A stretch of DNA of 63,477 nt, counting the filler, from Chiloscyllium plagiosum (taxonomy: Eukaryota), in the NCBI RefSeq assembly GCF_004010195.1. It is 5 parts of one record of this genome, joined end to end, with 100 filler letters (N's around TTAATTAATTAA, not from the genome) between each part and the next. Parts side by side here need not be neighbours in the genome. Positions count along the whole stretch, not along the records: positions 33,941 to 55,709 come from NC_057713.1; 4 more parts are not named here. One strand, given 5' to 3'. Both the position numbers and the translations under genes were made by a program. The notes under the pieces were generated by a model. The model was not told where the DNA came from, made no database searches, and saw only the letters and a list, made by a program, of their open reading frames with translations. This document shows, piece by piece, positions 38,047 to 51,835 of the stretch (the stretch's first letter is position 1; every line of letters starts with the position of its first letter).

Positions 38047-38371
38047 GGGCGGCACGGTGGCACAGTGGTTAGCACTGCTGCCTCACAGCGCCGGAGACCC
38101 GGGTTCAATTCCCGCCTCAGACGACTGACTGTGTGGAGTTTGCATGTTCTCCCCGTGTCTGCGTGGGTTTCCTCCGGGTGCTCCAGTTTCCTCCCACAGT
38201 CCAAAGATGTGCAGGTCAGGTGAATTGGCCATGCTAAATTGCCCGTAGTGTTCAGTAAGGGGTAAATGTAGGGGTATGGGTGGGTTGCGCTTCGGCGGTT
38301 CGGTGTGGACTTGTTGGGCCGAAGGGCCTGTTTCCACACTGTAATGTAATGTAATCTAATCTAATCTAATC
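38047..38371 (+). mobile_element. Full-length HE1-type V-SINE (tRNA-derived)
   Basis: A-box TGGCACAGTGG, B-box GGTTCAATTCC, V-domain, CR1-like 3' end and (TAATG/TAATC)n tail. Confidence 0.92.
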
Positions 38372-40654
38372 TGGCAGCTCAAGAGGCAGTATCTCATTAG
38401 CAGCCCTGGCCTCCTCTAATCAGTTGGCAGCTTCAGGCAGATCAGATTTCTACACCCAAGTCCTAATTGATGCAAGTAAATAGAAACCCTGCTGGGTTGA
38501 ATCCTTCTGTCAGCTGCCCTCCTACAACATATGTTTCCAAGTCTGTATTTGCCCCTCCGTTTACAATCATGGCTGAGGTAGATCAGTTATGCTCAGAAAA
38601 GCCATTGATTCCTTAACAAATAGGGGAAAAATAAGCAAGGACCTAATTCCAGCTAAACTCCTGAAGCCCAGGATATCCCACATATGCCCCATATCATTCT
38701 CTGTTGAAGGATAAAATCCATTTCACAGGACACACATGATGCAGACTCACCACAATTTACAAAACAAAGAATGTTAGTTGAGTTACATGCAGTAGGAGGC
38801 CATTTAGCCCATCATTTCTACACTAACTTGCTGAGCATTTTCAGTTCGTGCAAATCTTCTGCCATTTCTCAGTAGCCCTGTGCATTGTTTCTGTTTAGAT
38901 AAACATCAATGGCCTTTTGAATGCCTCAATTGAGCTCCACCATGTATCCACGCAATGAATTCCATACCCAAAAAAAAAGACTTTTCTCACCTCACATTTG
39001 CTTCTTTTGTGGAAAACTTTAAAGGAGTGCCCTTTGTTTCTCAATCTGTTTATCAGCAGGAACAGTTTCTCACTATCTACTCTCAACAGACCTGTCACGT
39101 TTGACAACTTTAATGAAACCTACTCTTGGCCTTCTCCTCTCCAGGGAAAACTGTATCAATCTCTCCACTCTATTCTCATAACTGACAGGTCTCATCCCTG
39201 GAAGTTTTCTCGAAAGCCTCTTCTGCATTCTTTCCAATACACTGACATACTTCCTAACACATGGGGCTAAGAAATGGACATGATACTCCAGCTAAGGGCG
39301 ATGTCTTACATAAGTTCACCATAACGTCCCTTGCTTATGTATTTTATGCCTACATTTGTGGAACCTAGAATATTGTACAACTTAGTAATAGATTTTTCTA
39401 CCTATCCAGCCATCTTTAATGATTTGTGCACATATACACACAAACCTTTTGTTCCTGCATACCATTTAGAATAGTGTTATTTATTTCATACTGTCTCTCC
39501 ATGTTCTTTGTATCAAAGTGCATCACCCTACAGTTCTCCACATTGAACTTTATCTGCCACCTATCGGTACACTCCAATAATGTGCTAATATCTTTTTGAA
39601 GTTCTGTACTGTGCTACTGACAGTTTACAATTCCCTCAATTTGTTTTGTCACCTGTGATCTCCAAAATTGCCCCCTTACACATCAACGGCTAGGTCATTT
39701 ATACAAATCAGGAAAAGATAGGCTTCCAATACTGATCTGTGGGGAACTCACCCACAGATCTTCCTCCAGCATAAAAACTACCTGTCAGAACACAACAACA
39801 TAACAAATAGGAGGAGGAGTAGGCCATCTGGCTTGCTGAGCCTGGTCTGCCATAAGCCTTAATTCCTATGTTGTTCAAATATTTATCTATCTTTCCCTTA
39901 AAAAATTCAACAAGGAAGCCTCAAAATTGCACATGCTGTTGAGCAGAGGGACCCTTGTGTATGAATCACAAACAGTTGGGGTTTGCAAGTGCAGCAGGTA
40001 ATTAAAAAGGCAAATGAACAGTTTCATTGGACAGGGAATTCCACCGATTCACAACCCTCTGGGTGAAGAAGTTTCTCTTCAACTCAGTCGTAAATCTGCT
40101 CCCCCTTATTTTGAGCCTCTACCCCCTAGTTCTAGTTTCACCTGCCAGTGGAAACAACATGTCCACTTCTATCTTATCCTTCATAATTTTTATATGTTTC
40201 TGTAAGATCCCAGCCCTCATTCTTCTAAATTCCAATGAGTAAAATCCCAGTCTACTCAATCTCTCCTCATAAGCAAACCCCCTCAATTCTGGAATCAACC
40301 TAGTGAGCCCAGTCTGCATCCCCTCCAGTATCAGTACATCTTTTCTCATGTAAGGAGGCCAAACTGTACAAAGTACTCTAGGTGTGAACTCACCAACACC
40401 CTATACAGTTGCAGCATAATTTCCCTATTTTTAAACTCCAGCTCTCTAGCAATGAATGACAATAATCCATTTGCCTTCTTAATTACCTGCTGCACTTGCA
40501 AACCCCAACTTTTTGTGATTCATACACAAGGGCACCCAAGTCCCTCTGCTCAACAGCATGCTGCAATTTTTCACCTACCAAAATAGATGACCTCACATTT
40601 ACCAACATTGTACCCCCTCTGCCAGATGCTTGCTCACTCACTTAACCTATCTGC

Positions 40655-40816
40655 ATCCCTCTGCAGACTCTCAGTGTCCTCTGCACTTTGCTCTACCGCT
40701 CACCTTAGTGTCATCTGCAAACTTTGACACAATTATCCCTCTGCAGACTCTCAGTGTCCTCTGCACACTTTGCTCTACCGCTCACCTTAGTGTCATCTGC
40801 AAACGTTGACACAATT
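40655..40816 (+). repeat. Tandem duplication, 80 + 82 bp, inside CR1
   Basis: ATCCCTCTGCAGACTC...TTGACACAATT occurs twice. Confidence 0.95.
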
Positions 40817-41276
40817 CTAAATCATTTATGTAAATTGTAAACAATTGTGGTTCCAACCCTAAAGAACATCACCAACCACTGATCGTCAACTAGAAAAATA
40901 CTAATTTATCCCCACCCTTTGCTTTATGTTAGTTAACCAATCCTCCATCCATGCTAACACATTTGCCATAATACTGTGCACTTTTATCTTACACAGCAGC
41001 CTTTTGTGTGGCACTTTATCAAATACTTTCTGGAAATCCAAATGCATCACATCACCAGTTCCCCATTACCCAAATTGTAACAAAGTAAATTAGTTAAATA
41101 TGACCTGCCTTTCATGAACCCATGCTGCGTTTGCCCAATGGGAAAATGGGACAACTTCTATCTATTAACCATTATTTCCTGGTTCTTCTCCCTCACTTAA
41201 TTTTGTATCAATGTTGCTACTGTTGTATTTATTTTGTGGCTTATAACTTTCCTCACAAACAGATTAGATTATTTTA

Positions 41277-41577
41277 CAGATTAGATTAGATTACATTACT
41301 GTGTGGAAACAGGCCCTTCGGCCCAACAAGTCCACACCGACCCGCTGAAGCGCAACCCACCCGTACTCCTACATTTACCCCTTACCTAACACTACAGGCA
41401 ATTTAGCATGGCCAATTCACCTTGACCTGCACATCTTTGGACTGTGGGAGCACCCGGAGGAAATCCACGCAGACACGGGGAGAATGTGCAAACTCCACAC
41501 AGTCAGTCGTCTGAGGCGGGAATTGAACCCGGGTCTCAGGCGCTGTGAGGCAGCAGTGCTAACCACCGTGCCGCCCA
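41277..41577 (-). mobile_element. Full-length HE1-type V-SINE
   Basis: Reverse complement of 38047-38371 with small deletions. Confidence 0.92.
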
Positions 41578-42130
41578 CAGTTGTGTGGCTCTGAGTTTAA
41601 CATCTTTGGGAAGTCCACATACATGCCATCTATAGCATTTCCTTCGACAACCTCCTCTGTTATCTCCTCTAAAAAGTTAGTTGGACGTGATTTTCCCCAA
41701 ACAAATTCATGTTGACCTTTCTGAATCTATTCATATTTGTCCGTATGACTACTCACTTTATCTCAAATTATTGTTTCTAGAAGTTTCCTGGCACCAAAGG
41801 TATCGCTGAGTCATTCTTTACAATCTTTTTGGAACAAGGGCATAATGTTTACAGTTTTCTAATGCTCCTGCACCATGCTCAAATGCAGGAAAGATTGAAA
41901 GACAATTGCCACTGCCTCTGCACTTTCCACCTTCATTTCCTTAAATAACTTTTGATGCATCTCATCCAGTCTTAAAGCCTTATCATGATTAAGTATTGAC
42001 CACCTAACCAATACAACTTCTTTATCAATTTTAAATCCTTCTAGAGACTAAGTTTCCTCCTTTGTACCATGGCCTGTATAGCATCTGTCTCATTGGTAAA
42101 GACTGAAGCAAAGCATTAAAATTTAACACC

Positions 42131-42285
42131 TTTCCACCACAGCCCTAGCCCCCTCCCATTTATCTCTCAGCCCCCTTGGGCCCCTCCACATTCCTGATAG
42201 AGAGCATTTGCTCGAAACGTCGACTCTCCTGCTCCTCAGATGCTGCCTGACCAGCTGCGCTTTTCCAGCACCACAGTTTTTGACA
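42131..42285 (+). mobile_element. Penelope-type terminus with a variant hammerhead core
   Basis: AUUC-CUGAUAGA-GAGC-auuu-GCUC-GAAACGUC; flanking TTTAACACCT repeat. Confidence 0.7.
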
Positions 42286-45200
42286 TTAGTTTAACACCTC
42301 AGCCTTACCACTTGTGTCTACGTGTTAATTCTCTTTTTGTTCCTAATATACTCTACTACTCCTTTTAGTACCTTTTTAAGATGTTGGATTATGATGATTG
42401 CCTGTCTTTTCTCATAATTTGTCTTTGCTTCTTTTATTTACTTTATCACCTCCTTTTTGACTGTCCTGTTCAGTTTAGATCACAACTGTATTTGCTACCT
42501 GGTCATAAGTGCACTTCTCGTTCTCTAAATTAATATCTATCCCCTACCACCTTCTTTCTAAAGATGAGAGAGAATGACGAACCAGCATTAATACAGCTTC
42601 TTCCATGACCTTGATGTGTTCCAAAGTGACTTTAAACATTTTTTAAGGAAAGTTCACCATTGAAATGTAGGCAGAATTGATTGTCTGAGAGTAGGCAACA
42701 ATTAGTAGCAGCTGTATAAAGCAAATCATGCTATTTGCTACATAATACATGATGAAGCCTGACATCAAATTCCAGCATGGGTATATGTTTTATTGTTATA
42801 CCATACTAATTAATTTCAAGGGCAGGCTTTACAAATTTGATGTGGAGATTTGTGTGTTGGGATGTGTATTAAAAATTCAGTCATGGAGATCAGCACACCC
42901 TACAGGTTTTTTACATTTTAAGCTTATTGCCAGAAGTGCAAACTCATAAAATCTACACTTTAATCTTACCAAAGTTCGATTGAAACATATTTTAAAGGGA
43001 TTAAGTGAATTATTTTCTGATTTTGCACTCCCAGAGGAGAGCCTTGCCTGCCAAGGACATGCATCATAAAGTTGCATTGTGCATGATTTTTTAACAATTT
43101 AAATTTATTTTCTGAAAGTTATGCTTTGTGCTCACCTGGATTTTTGATCATTTGAAATAAGCACAAACTGCATCACTATCAGAAGCACAAAGCACGATTA
43201 TAGTATGACCAAGGTGATAGTGCACAAAGATCTACCATTTTGTTATCACCACGTTAGCTATCAGTCAGCACAGAATGATCAGCCTTACCCAATAAACAAA
43301 GTTGAACTGATTACTTCAGTTTTAGAGAACAGCAGTTTTTGCAAAATGAACTGGAGTAGAGGACAGAAGTTATTGGGAACATTTTCTTTTTACTCACAAC
43401 ATTCCAGAGATATTGAAGGATACCGAAGGTAAGGCATTACATTTGAGATGTGTGGATGTCTAAACTATCCAGTTAAGTCCACTGTGAAGGAAATCCCAAG
43501 GCTAGAGTTTTCATAGTATAAGGGAATTAAGGATAGTCTAAAATTTCAGGGTCTCAGTAGGTTAAGATTTGAAGATTTGCTTATGAGCTCAACGTGTGGC
43601 TGATGATAGTAGTGTAGATTTTATCTGAAAACATATTGAATTTGATCATTATCATTTCATGGAATGTGAACCTCGATATTTCAGTATCATCAGTAAGACC
43701 ATTTATGAGAGGTACTCTGACCATGCTGGCTAACTATGTGCCTGCAGCTACCACTGGTGATGGCAGCGATTCAATAGGAAACTGCAGAGCAAGCAATGCT
43801 ATTTGCAAGTGGTGCTGGTGGATCTTAAAGTATGGCTGAGACCTGCTTTCCATATGCTCTGCAATGAAAAAGGGGTTTACCTGCTCATGCTCACATGGTT
43901 GCCTCTAATGCACAGTTTGACTGTGACCTGATCCTACAACAATGTCAAGCTCCCTCAAGGCAGCAGCAGTCAAAGCAGCCACCAGCTCTTCCTGTCACTC
44001 ATCTCAATCAGAGAAAGAATCCAAAGCATTTCCATCTGAACTTGAGACGCTTACCCTCCTGAGCATTTATTTGCTGCTACATTGAGACTTCAGCACATTT
44101 GTGAAGAGGGAAGAGGATGATTGTGGAGACATATCACTGGTAAGACAGAATGTGAGGAATAGCAATTGATAAAACATTGTTGCCATTTTTTGGGTGAAAA
44201 ATTAACAAAAAACAAAACAATATAGCAGTGTGACAACAATCCAAGAGGATTATTTTCAAGTGTCATGATAGCATTAATCCTCTACGTGTGCTATTGATGG
44301 ATCTAATGACTGGTGAAGGAACCTTTACAAAATTTGTTCCTTATGCATGAGACAGTAATGATCCAGGAGGAGGAATGTTTTCATGTGTCCTCCATCCCCA
44401 CAGTCCCCTTCACAACCCGTGATATCATAAAATCCCCCTCTCAGAACCTGACTGAAATTTATTTTTCTTGTGTCAAGTTGCCTATAGAGGTAGCATAGAA
44501 GCCCTGAAGATGATGAAGAGGTCTGAAAGCAGAACCAGATTAATTTCTAACATTTCATGCTGTTTTCCATGACTCAGAACAATTGTTTTTTCTTGTGATG
44601 AAACATAAATTTAATGCTGGTATTAAGTTATGCAATTGAAAATAAACAAACAGCCATATGATTATGTCCTATGCTTTATCTATTATAAGCCCTCCATGGA
44701 TTCCCAGCCTATTACTATGTTCAAAACCAGCAAACGATTCCTAGCATGTTGTGCCACTACCTGATCTGAGTTGCTCTTTCCTGTTGAATGGCACTTTCTG
44801 TAAAAATAACAAAATGCATTAACTGAGTGGTTTGCATTAGCAATAGACATTACCTATATTAGTAGACAAACATTTAATGAGGTTTTGAGACATTTCTTGT
44901 CAGTCTTTTTAACAGCAGTATTAACCCATTGCACCAATAAAAATGTCTCATCTCTAATGTGGTAAGCAGTTTAAACTATGTAGTTTATAGCCTCATGCAT
45001 GGTTTAATTCAATTGGAAGTATCTGGACACCTGAATTTATAATAGCTGGCTGAATGTAGTGATATTGTCAGTCACAAGTGTGCACTGTGGTAGGCTCTTA
45101 ACAATTATTTTCATGGCTCTCAGAATTGAATAGCAGATGAGGGACAGAAGTCATGTAGCATCGTCTTCACTTTGTAGCTTTATAATCAGACTGATCTAAC

Positions 45201-46044
45201 TCCATTATCACAATCCCATTTTTAAACTCATTTCATACCTACTACATTCATAAGATTTTTGCTACCTTTCTCATGCTCAGAGACTCATGAAACTGAAATG
45301 TACAGGCTTAGAGAAAGACAGAAAGCAAAGACTTTTATTGGACTGCATAAGTGCCAATGCAGAATAACAGAATCTCAATGACCAAAGATCTCGACCCTGT
45401 CCAAAATTGAGTGAACAGGGTCATTTGTCTAATAGGGGACAACACACCAACATGTTATATTAACTGCACATGCTCTGGTCAATGTGTTGGGGGTTGCCTT
45501 GAATTGAGAAAGCTCAACAAGAATCCTTGAGTTTCGTTCTTTTGACCCCAATGTAGCTAGAAACCTCTTACAAAGGATTATCAATTTGCATGTGATGATG
45601 TCAGGAGACTTATTTGCAATGTAAGGTAATTAATCTTAAAGTTCGAAACCATGCATGCATAATCCCATTGACTGAAATAGGAGGTATTGAATACTCTCCC
45701 TGTATTGGAGTTGTAGGCTGCGATTTTGTGCTTGAGTCGCATTGACTCCCTAACGTAATTCACACGGTTGGGACATAAAATGCTTTCAGAATTGCTCTAC
45801 TAACTCTTCCATTTCCTGCCCATTTATTTAGCCAGAATTGATAGGGATGTTCAATACAGGAAAATATGCCAAAACGTATTGTTATGAAAATGAAGTAGTG
45901 ATCCAACTGGGTGTAAGAAATGTTGATGCACTCCTGGTGTCCAGTGTTGCCATGGTTCTGAAGAGGATATTTAATTTTTAAAGGGTTGACTGCATGCGCT
46001 TACATTAGTTTTCCTTGAAAAGCCATTTGAGAAGTACATATAAA

Positions 46045-46233
46045 AGAAAAAATGCAGTTGATGCTGAGAATCTGAAATAAGCACAGAAAATGTTGGAGAA
46101 ACTCAGCAGGTCTGGTAATATTTATGGAGTGAGAGAAACAGAGTTAACTTTGGACTCTAATATGACTCTTCTTCAGTACTGACAATGCTGCCAGTCCTGC
46201 TGAGTTTCTCCAGCATTCTATATATTTGTTTTT
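46045..46233. mobile_element. Old fold-back Penelope-type terminus
   Basis: GGAGAAACTCAGCAGG / CCTGCTGAGTTTCTCC arms; decayed CUGAAGA core on the minus strand. Confidence 0.7.
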
Positions 46234-46783
46234 AAGAACACGTATAGGCTTGAGATTATTGGCTAATTTATACTGAGGAAGGTGACCATAATTTGCATAA
46301 ATTAACCTCGGATGGAGATTTTTAAAAATCACTGCAAGACCATACAGCATCAGGTTTCAGTTAAAGTAGAAAGTCCTGTCTGTAGTATGCTCCAGTGCAC
46401 TGTATCTCATATGAACCCAATGCAGTTCTCTGAAATCTTACATCCCTTCAAAACCATTTCTTATGTACTGTCCAACTTTTTTCTGAACTTTGGTTTTGAT
46501 AATAAAGTATAACTTGTACTGTCATGTATATTAGATTCAGCTGTCCATCCGTTTTCTGTTTTACTTTTAAGTAGACCATAATCCTTCTAATATTGTTACC
46601 TTTTCATTACCTCTATTACATTTTTGTATTCTGATTTTTTTCCTCCTTTTGTAGTGTCAATGCCAAATTGTTATTTTGTTTGTTCTCTAAATCAATGTTT
46701 CTGCTCAGTATTTTTGAGTTTTCTGTTTATAAGTTTCACTCAGGAATCTAAGGAATGCTACTCTTTAAAGGAATCAGATGAAC

Positions 46784-47425
46784 AGGGCTGGATTTCATTC
46801 ACTCTCTGAGGATGGCCTGGGAGGTAAGGTAGTGCTTTGAAATGGTGAGTGATGGTTGGGGTTGGAACGTCAGTCGCCTCCCTGAAACTTTAGAATTTTA
46901 TTAGCCGTGAGGATGCTTGAGGACAACTTTCCTGTCTCGAGGCCACTTGAGGTCCTCTTACTGCTACCTTTTGCAATGAGGAGTACCACCCAGTACAAGG
47001 GGTGACCACTCTGAAACATGTTGGCCTCTTTACAGGCTCTGTAAGGTCAACCTGATCGAGCACTTGTGGCATTTGGACAGTCCCAATGACTGGCAAGGGC
47101 TGTCCTCCTGCAGAAACATGCTCATGTCCTCACCAAGCTCCTATCCTTCACTGGGGCCAGGCTGATTGATGTGGATGACTCCTCCTTCAGAGGAGGTAGG
47201 TATCCATTTTTTGCAATCCCAGCAATGGATACCAATCAGTATGGCATTACAGAGACGGGAGAGCTCTCAACTCTCTAATCAGCCAGCAACTCTCATGTTT
47301 TAAAATGCCTGGGAGCCTGATATCAGTTAGTTAGTTGCCTGAGCACTGAAACAACCCTAGATGGGGTCACCCACAGATTCCTCACCTGGCATTAGAATCC
47401 CTCTATGCTGACAAAATTCAGCTCT
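46784..47425. mobile_element. Non-autonomous DNA transposon (Harbinger-like TIRs)
   Basis: AGGGCTGGATTT ... AAATTCAGCTCT imperfect terminal inverted repeats. Confidence 0.5.
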
Positions 47426-48422
47426 TGATGTGATGAAACAGGGCTGTTTTTTTTCAGTTTCTTGATGCCCCCTTGAGGATCCGTTGAGGAAGCTATTATT
47501 TATAATTGCTGTCCAACTCTTCGTAGCCTGGCAGTAGACTCATAAACCAGACTTCAGAAGTGAAATGAAAACTAGTAGAAATGCATTTTAAGGTAGTCTG
47601 CTGGAGGCTCAAAATAAAACCAAAATGAATTTTTTTCTCATGTTAGAATTTAAAAGTCCCTACAATGCAAGAAAATTGCCTCCATTCCAAATAAAAACAA
47701 TTGGATACTGGATCTCTGAGGCCTGGAACATATGATATAATTTGACCTTGCAGACTCCCTGAGGTCATCAAATGGGGTCCCCATAATCAATTTCTGCAGC
47801 AACATAGTAACTACAATTCTGTTACTTTGATGAGAATTGAGGATTGGAGGAAGAAAGAAAAGATTAAGTAGTAGTCTAAACATACAGTTACACCACCAAT
47901 ATTGCACTCCAGTGCAGAGAACCCAAATCAGATATAACAGGGGGTTAGACTCATCTAGTTTGTTTATTGCATAGGTTCTCAGAATAAGGAGATTGTGTAA
48001 ATTGCTTTTGCTTGTTAGATTGTTTATATCATACAGATTTATTTAGATAATTAGCTTATTAAGTTTGCCTTGAGTAATAAAACTTTCATCACTGACAACT
48101 GAGGACTTTATAAGTGTTGTAGCGCTAATGAGACTATCAAGGGACCTGTCTATATAGCTTTTTGCTTTGAGTGTGTCTGGATTATATTGTGACACAACCC
48201 TCACTTAAAATGCTTTTGAAAACCCAGTGATGAAAATTTATCGTGGTTTAATGAAAAATCCAGTTAATTCAGCATGAATATTTAAGAAGCTTATAAAACA
48301 GTTGTAGTCCGAATCATATCCTCATTATTTAAGAACACAGAAGCCATTGGCCTGAATTTTCCACGTCATTGCTTGGAAAGTATTTCACCTCTCTAGCACT
48401 GCACACACCTTCAGCTACACTT

Positions 48423-48710
48423 GGGTGGCACAGTGGCTCAGTGGTTGACACTGCTACCTCACAACATCAGGGACCTGGGTTCAATTCTATCCTTGGGTGA
48501 CAATCTGTGCGGAGTTTGCACATTCTCCCCATTTCTGCATGCATTTCTTCCATGTGCTTGGGTTTCCTCTCACAGTCCAAAGATGTGCAGGTTGTATGGA
48601 TTGGCCATTGGAAATGCATGATTGCAGGTATAGGGTAAGGGGTGTGGGTGTGATTGGGTTGCTCTTTGGAGGATCAGTGTGGACATGATGGACTGAATAC
48701 ACACTGTAGG
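48423..48710 (+). mobile_element. HE1-type V-SINE, diverged
   Basis: A-box, B-box and V-domain recognisable. Confidence 0.85.
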
Positions 48711-49987
48711 TTTTCTCTGACTTCCCTCCTGCCAGATTTCATAGTGGCAAGTGGCATCTTATGTAGCTGTGCCTTGACATCTGCTGCAGTTCAAGAGGAA
48801 AGATTGATTCTGTCATTCTTAGGAAGTTGAGGATAATTCGCTTGGGTTCTGAGATGGCTGATACATCAAATGAATAATCTGCAGATTCTGCAATATGTGG
48901 TGCAGATTGTGGCTAAAGAATTGGTGAGTTACTTGGAGATTTGTGCACTTTCTCTAAACCTCAATTTCCCTCTGAATGTCCTCAGCAAAGTCTCTCAATA
49001 AGTTCAGTGCCTTTACAAATGAACCTTCTTAATTTTAATCAGACAGAATTCAGCAATTTCCATGAGTTGGTGAGTACGTTTAGTCTCTTCAGGGACATTT
49101 TCAGGACATCTCTACAATTTCTATTGACCTCCTGGAAGTTTCCTGCTGTGACTGAGCTCAGGATAGAACAATTAATTTGGGAGTCTGGTATCAGACACAC
49201 ATCATGTTCTGGCCATCAGAACTGGTTTAGAGAGATTAGTTCCTCAATATTGGACAAGGAAGTCTGGGAGAAGACACTGCTGTTGGACTGACAGCCTTGT
49301 CACTGGATAGAATGATCTTATGAAGGCACCAAATGTTTTTCAGTGCTGCAAGTTGCCCAAATCCCCATAGCGTATAGGATCATGGTCAACACTGCTCCCT
49401 GGTAAATCATCATCTTCATCGTGATTCTGGTCCTCAAACACTCAGTCAGCTGAAGACTGAACTGCCACATGGAGACACAACTGAATTTTGTTGTCTATGT
49501 CTACCATTGTCAAGAGAAGGCTCCATAACTATGTTCAATAAAATACTTTTTCCAGAATATTTTCATTAATATTAATTGACAGTGTTAGGTGCTAGGAATC
49601 GCTTGGAAGAGGACTTTAGTTTTCTGGGTGTTTATTGAAAAATCCATTTCTCACTTGCATCAGAGAAAGAGCTTAGTTCCTGAGCAAGTGTACACATAAC
49701 CATCACTGCTGTCAAGACTAGCAATGGGAGCAAAATTAATAGTAGCACAAACTGCCTTCTCTTCAACAACCTGAATCTACAAGGGATTAAGATCACAGGG
49801 TGGGGGTTATGATGGTTTGGGGGAGGTGCAGAGAAGATATTTCAGATCATAATATCCAGTGTATAAATTGATTTTCAAGTCACCTTTGGTTCTTTTGCCT
49901 ATTATTTTAAAACTACTCTTCGCCTGCCATTGCTTTTACTCCAGCAAAACAAAGACAGAGTTTAACAGCAGTATCAATACAGTTTTT

Positions 49988-50140
49988 GGGGGAGGTAATG
50001 GCTTAGTGGTATTATTGCTAGACTATTGATGTCGAGATTAAACTAATGTTCTGAGGAACTAAATTCAAATGCTGCAAATGATGGAACTTGGATTCAATAA
50101 AAGTCTGAAATCAGTGCCTAATGGTGACCACAAACCCATT
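49988..50140 (+). mobile_element. Second copy of the tRNA-like head seen at 10383
   Basis: GGGGGAGGTAATGGCTTAGTGGTATTATT...GGTGACCA aligns with 10383-10545; truncated by CR1. Confidence 0.65.
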
Positions 50141-51426
50141 GCAGAACATTCTCAAGGGGAGGGTGAACAGCCAGTTGTCATGTTGCATATAGGCACCAAA
50201 GACAGAGGTAAAAAAAATGGGATGAGGTCCTACAAGCAAACTTTAGGGAGTTAGGAGCCAAGTTAAAAAGTAGGACCTCAGAGGTAGCAATCTCAGGATT
50301 GCTACCAGTGCCGCACGCTAGTCAGAGTAGAAATGAAAGAATAGGCAGAATGAATGGTTGGCTTGAGAGATGGTGCAGAAGGGAGGGACTCAGATTTTTG
50401 GGACATAGGGGAAGTGGGTCTATTACAAATTGGACAGTCTCCACCTGGGCTGGACTAGAATCAATGTGCTTTTGCAAACGCTGTTGGGGAGGGTTTAAAC
50501 TAATGTGGCAGGGGGACGGGAACCAAACAAGGAGATTAGTGGACAGGAAGGAGATAGTAACTAAAGCCTGTAAGGAACTAGATCATGAAGTCAGAGTGAC
50601 TAAGGGGGAATAGTAGGCAGGGAGTAGATGATAAACACGAAGGGACTGGTGTCTGAGATGCATTTGTTTTAATGCGTTAAGTGTAGTAGATAAGAGGGAT
50701 GCACTTAGGGCTTGGATCATTACCTGGGAGTATGATGTTATTGCTCTTACTGAGACTTGGTTGAGGGAAGGGCATAATTGGCAACTAAATATCCCAGGAT
50801 ATCGATGATTCAGGTGGGATAGAGAGGGAGGTAAAAGGGGTGGAGGAGTTGCATTACTAGTCAAAGAGTATATCATAGCTGTGCTGAAGGAGGGCACTAT
50901 AGAGGACTCAAGCAGTGAGGCAATATGGGCAGAGCTCAGAAATAGGAAGGGCATGGTAACAATGTTGGGGCTGAACTACAGGCATCCCAACAGCAAGCGT
51001 GAGATAAAGGTACAAATATGTAAACAGATTATGGAAAGATGTAGAAGCAACAGGATGGTGGTGATTGGAGATTTTAATTTTCCCAACATTGACTGGGATT
51101 CACTTAGTGTTAGAGGTCTAAATGGAGCAGAATTTGTAAGGAGCATCCAGGAGGGTTTTCTAGAGCAATATGTAAATAGTCCAACTTGGGAAGGGGCCAT
51201 ACTGGACCTGGTGTCGGGGAATGAGCCCAGCCAGGTGGTTGAGGTTTCAGTAGGGGATTACTTTGGGAATACTGATCACAATTCCATAAGTTTTAGAATA
51301 CTTATGGACAAAGACGAGAGTGGTCCTAAAGGAAGAATGCTAAATTTGGGGAAGACCAACTATATCAAAATTCAGCAGGAGCTGGGGAATATAGATTGGG
51401 AGCAGCTGTTTAAAGGTAAATCCACA
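50141..51426 (+). mobile_element. CR1 LINE: ORF1 SGNH-esterase C-terminus and ORF2 APE endonuclease (continues at ~53133-53604)
   Basis: VVMLHIGT, LLPVPHAS...NGWLERWCRREG; TETW, IGDFNFPNIDW, ILDLV, TDHNSI. Confidence 0.9.
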
Positions 51427-51835
51427 TAGAGTCATAGAGATGTACAGCACGGAAACAGACCCTTCGGTCCAACTCATCCATGCCGACCTAATCCAGTCCC
51501 ACCTGCCAGCACGTGGCCCATATCCCTCCAACTCTTTCTTTTCATATACCTAGCCAAATGCCTTTTAAACATTGCAATTGTACCAGCCTCCACCACTTCC
51601 TCTGGCAGCTCATCCCATACACATACCAACCTCTGCGGGAAAAAGTTGCCCCTTAGGTCTCTTTTATATCTTTCCCCTCTCACCCTAAACCTATACCCTC
51701 TAGTTCTGGACTCCCTCACCTCAGGGAAAAGACTTTATCTATTGATTCTATCCATGCCCCTCATAATTTTGTAAACCTCTATAAGGTCACCCCTCAGCCT
51801 CCGACGCTTCAGGGAAAACAGCCCCAGCCTGTTCA
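51427..51835 (-). mobile_element. Young CR1/HER1 3' end nested in the older CR1
   Basis: ORF 51474-51719. Confidence 0.92.

Larger units (their letters stand above)
38785..42540 (-). mobile_element. Nested CR1 fragments (an older element interrupted by a younger CR1 at ~39790-41160, a SINE and a PLE terminus)
   Basis: ORFs 38895-39107 and 40119-40349 carry CR1 C-terminal motifs. Confidence 0.75.

Noticed and set aside
38047..38120. tRNA gene
   Set aside because: It is the tRNA-derived head of an HE1-type SINE and continues into the V-domain and tail.
43640..44420. Possible Harbinger transposase remnant (AATTGD, KKGF and IDG-like fragments)
   Set aside because: The fragments are too short and out of order to support by eye; a profile search is needed.
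45592..45675. Possible box C/D snoRNA (GTGATGA...CTGA)
   Set aside because: No convincing terminal stem or recognisable rRNA guide; such motif pairs occur by chance.
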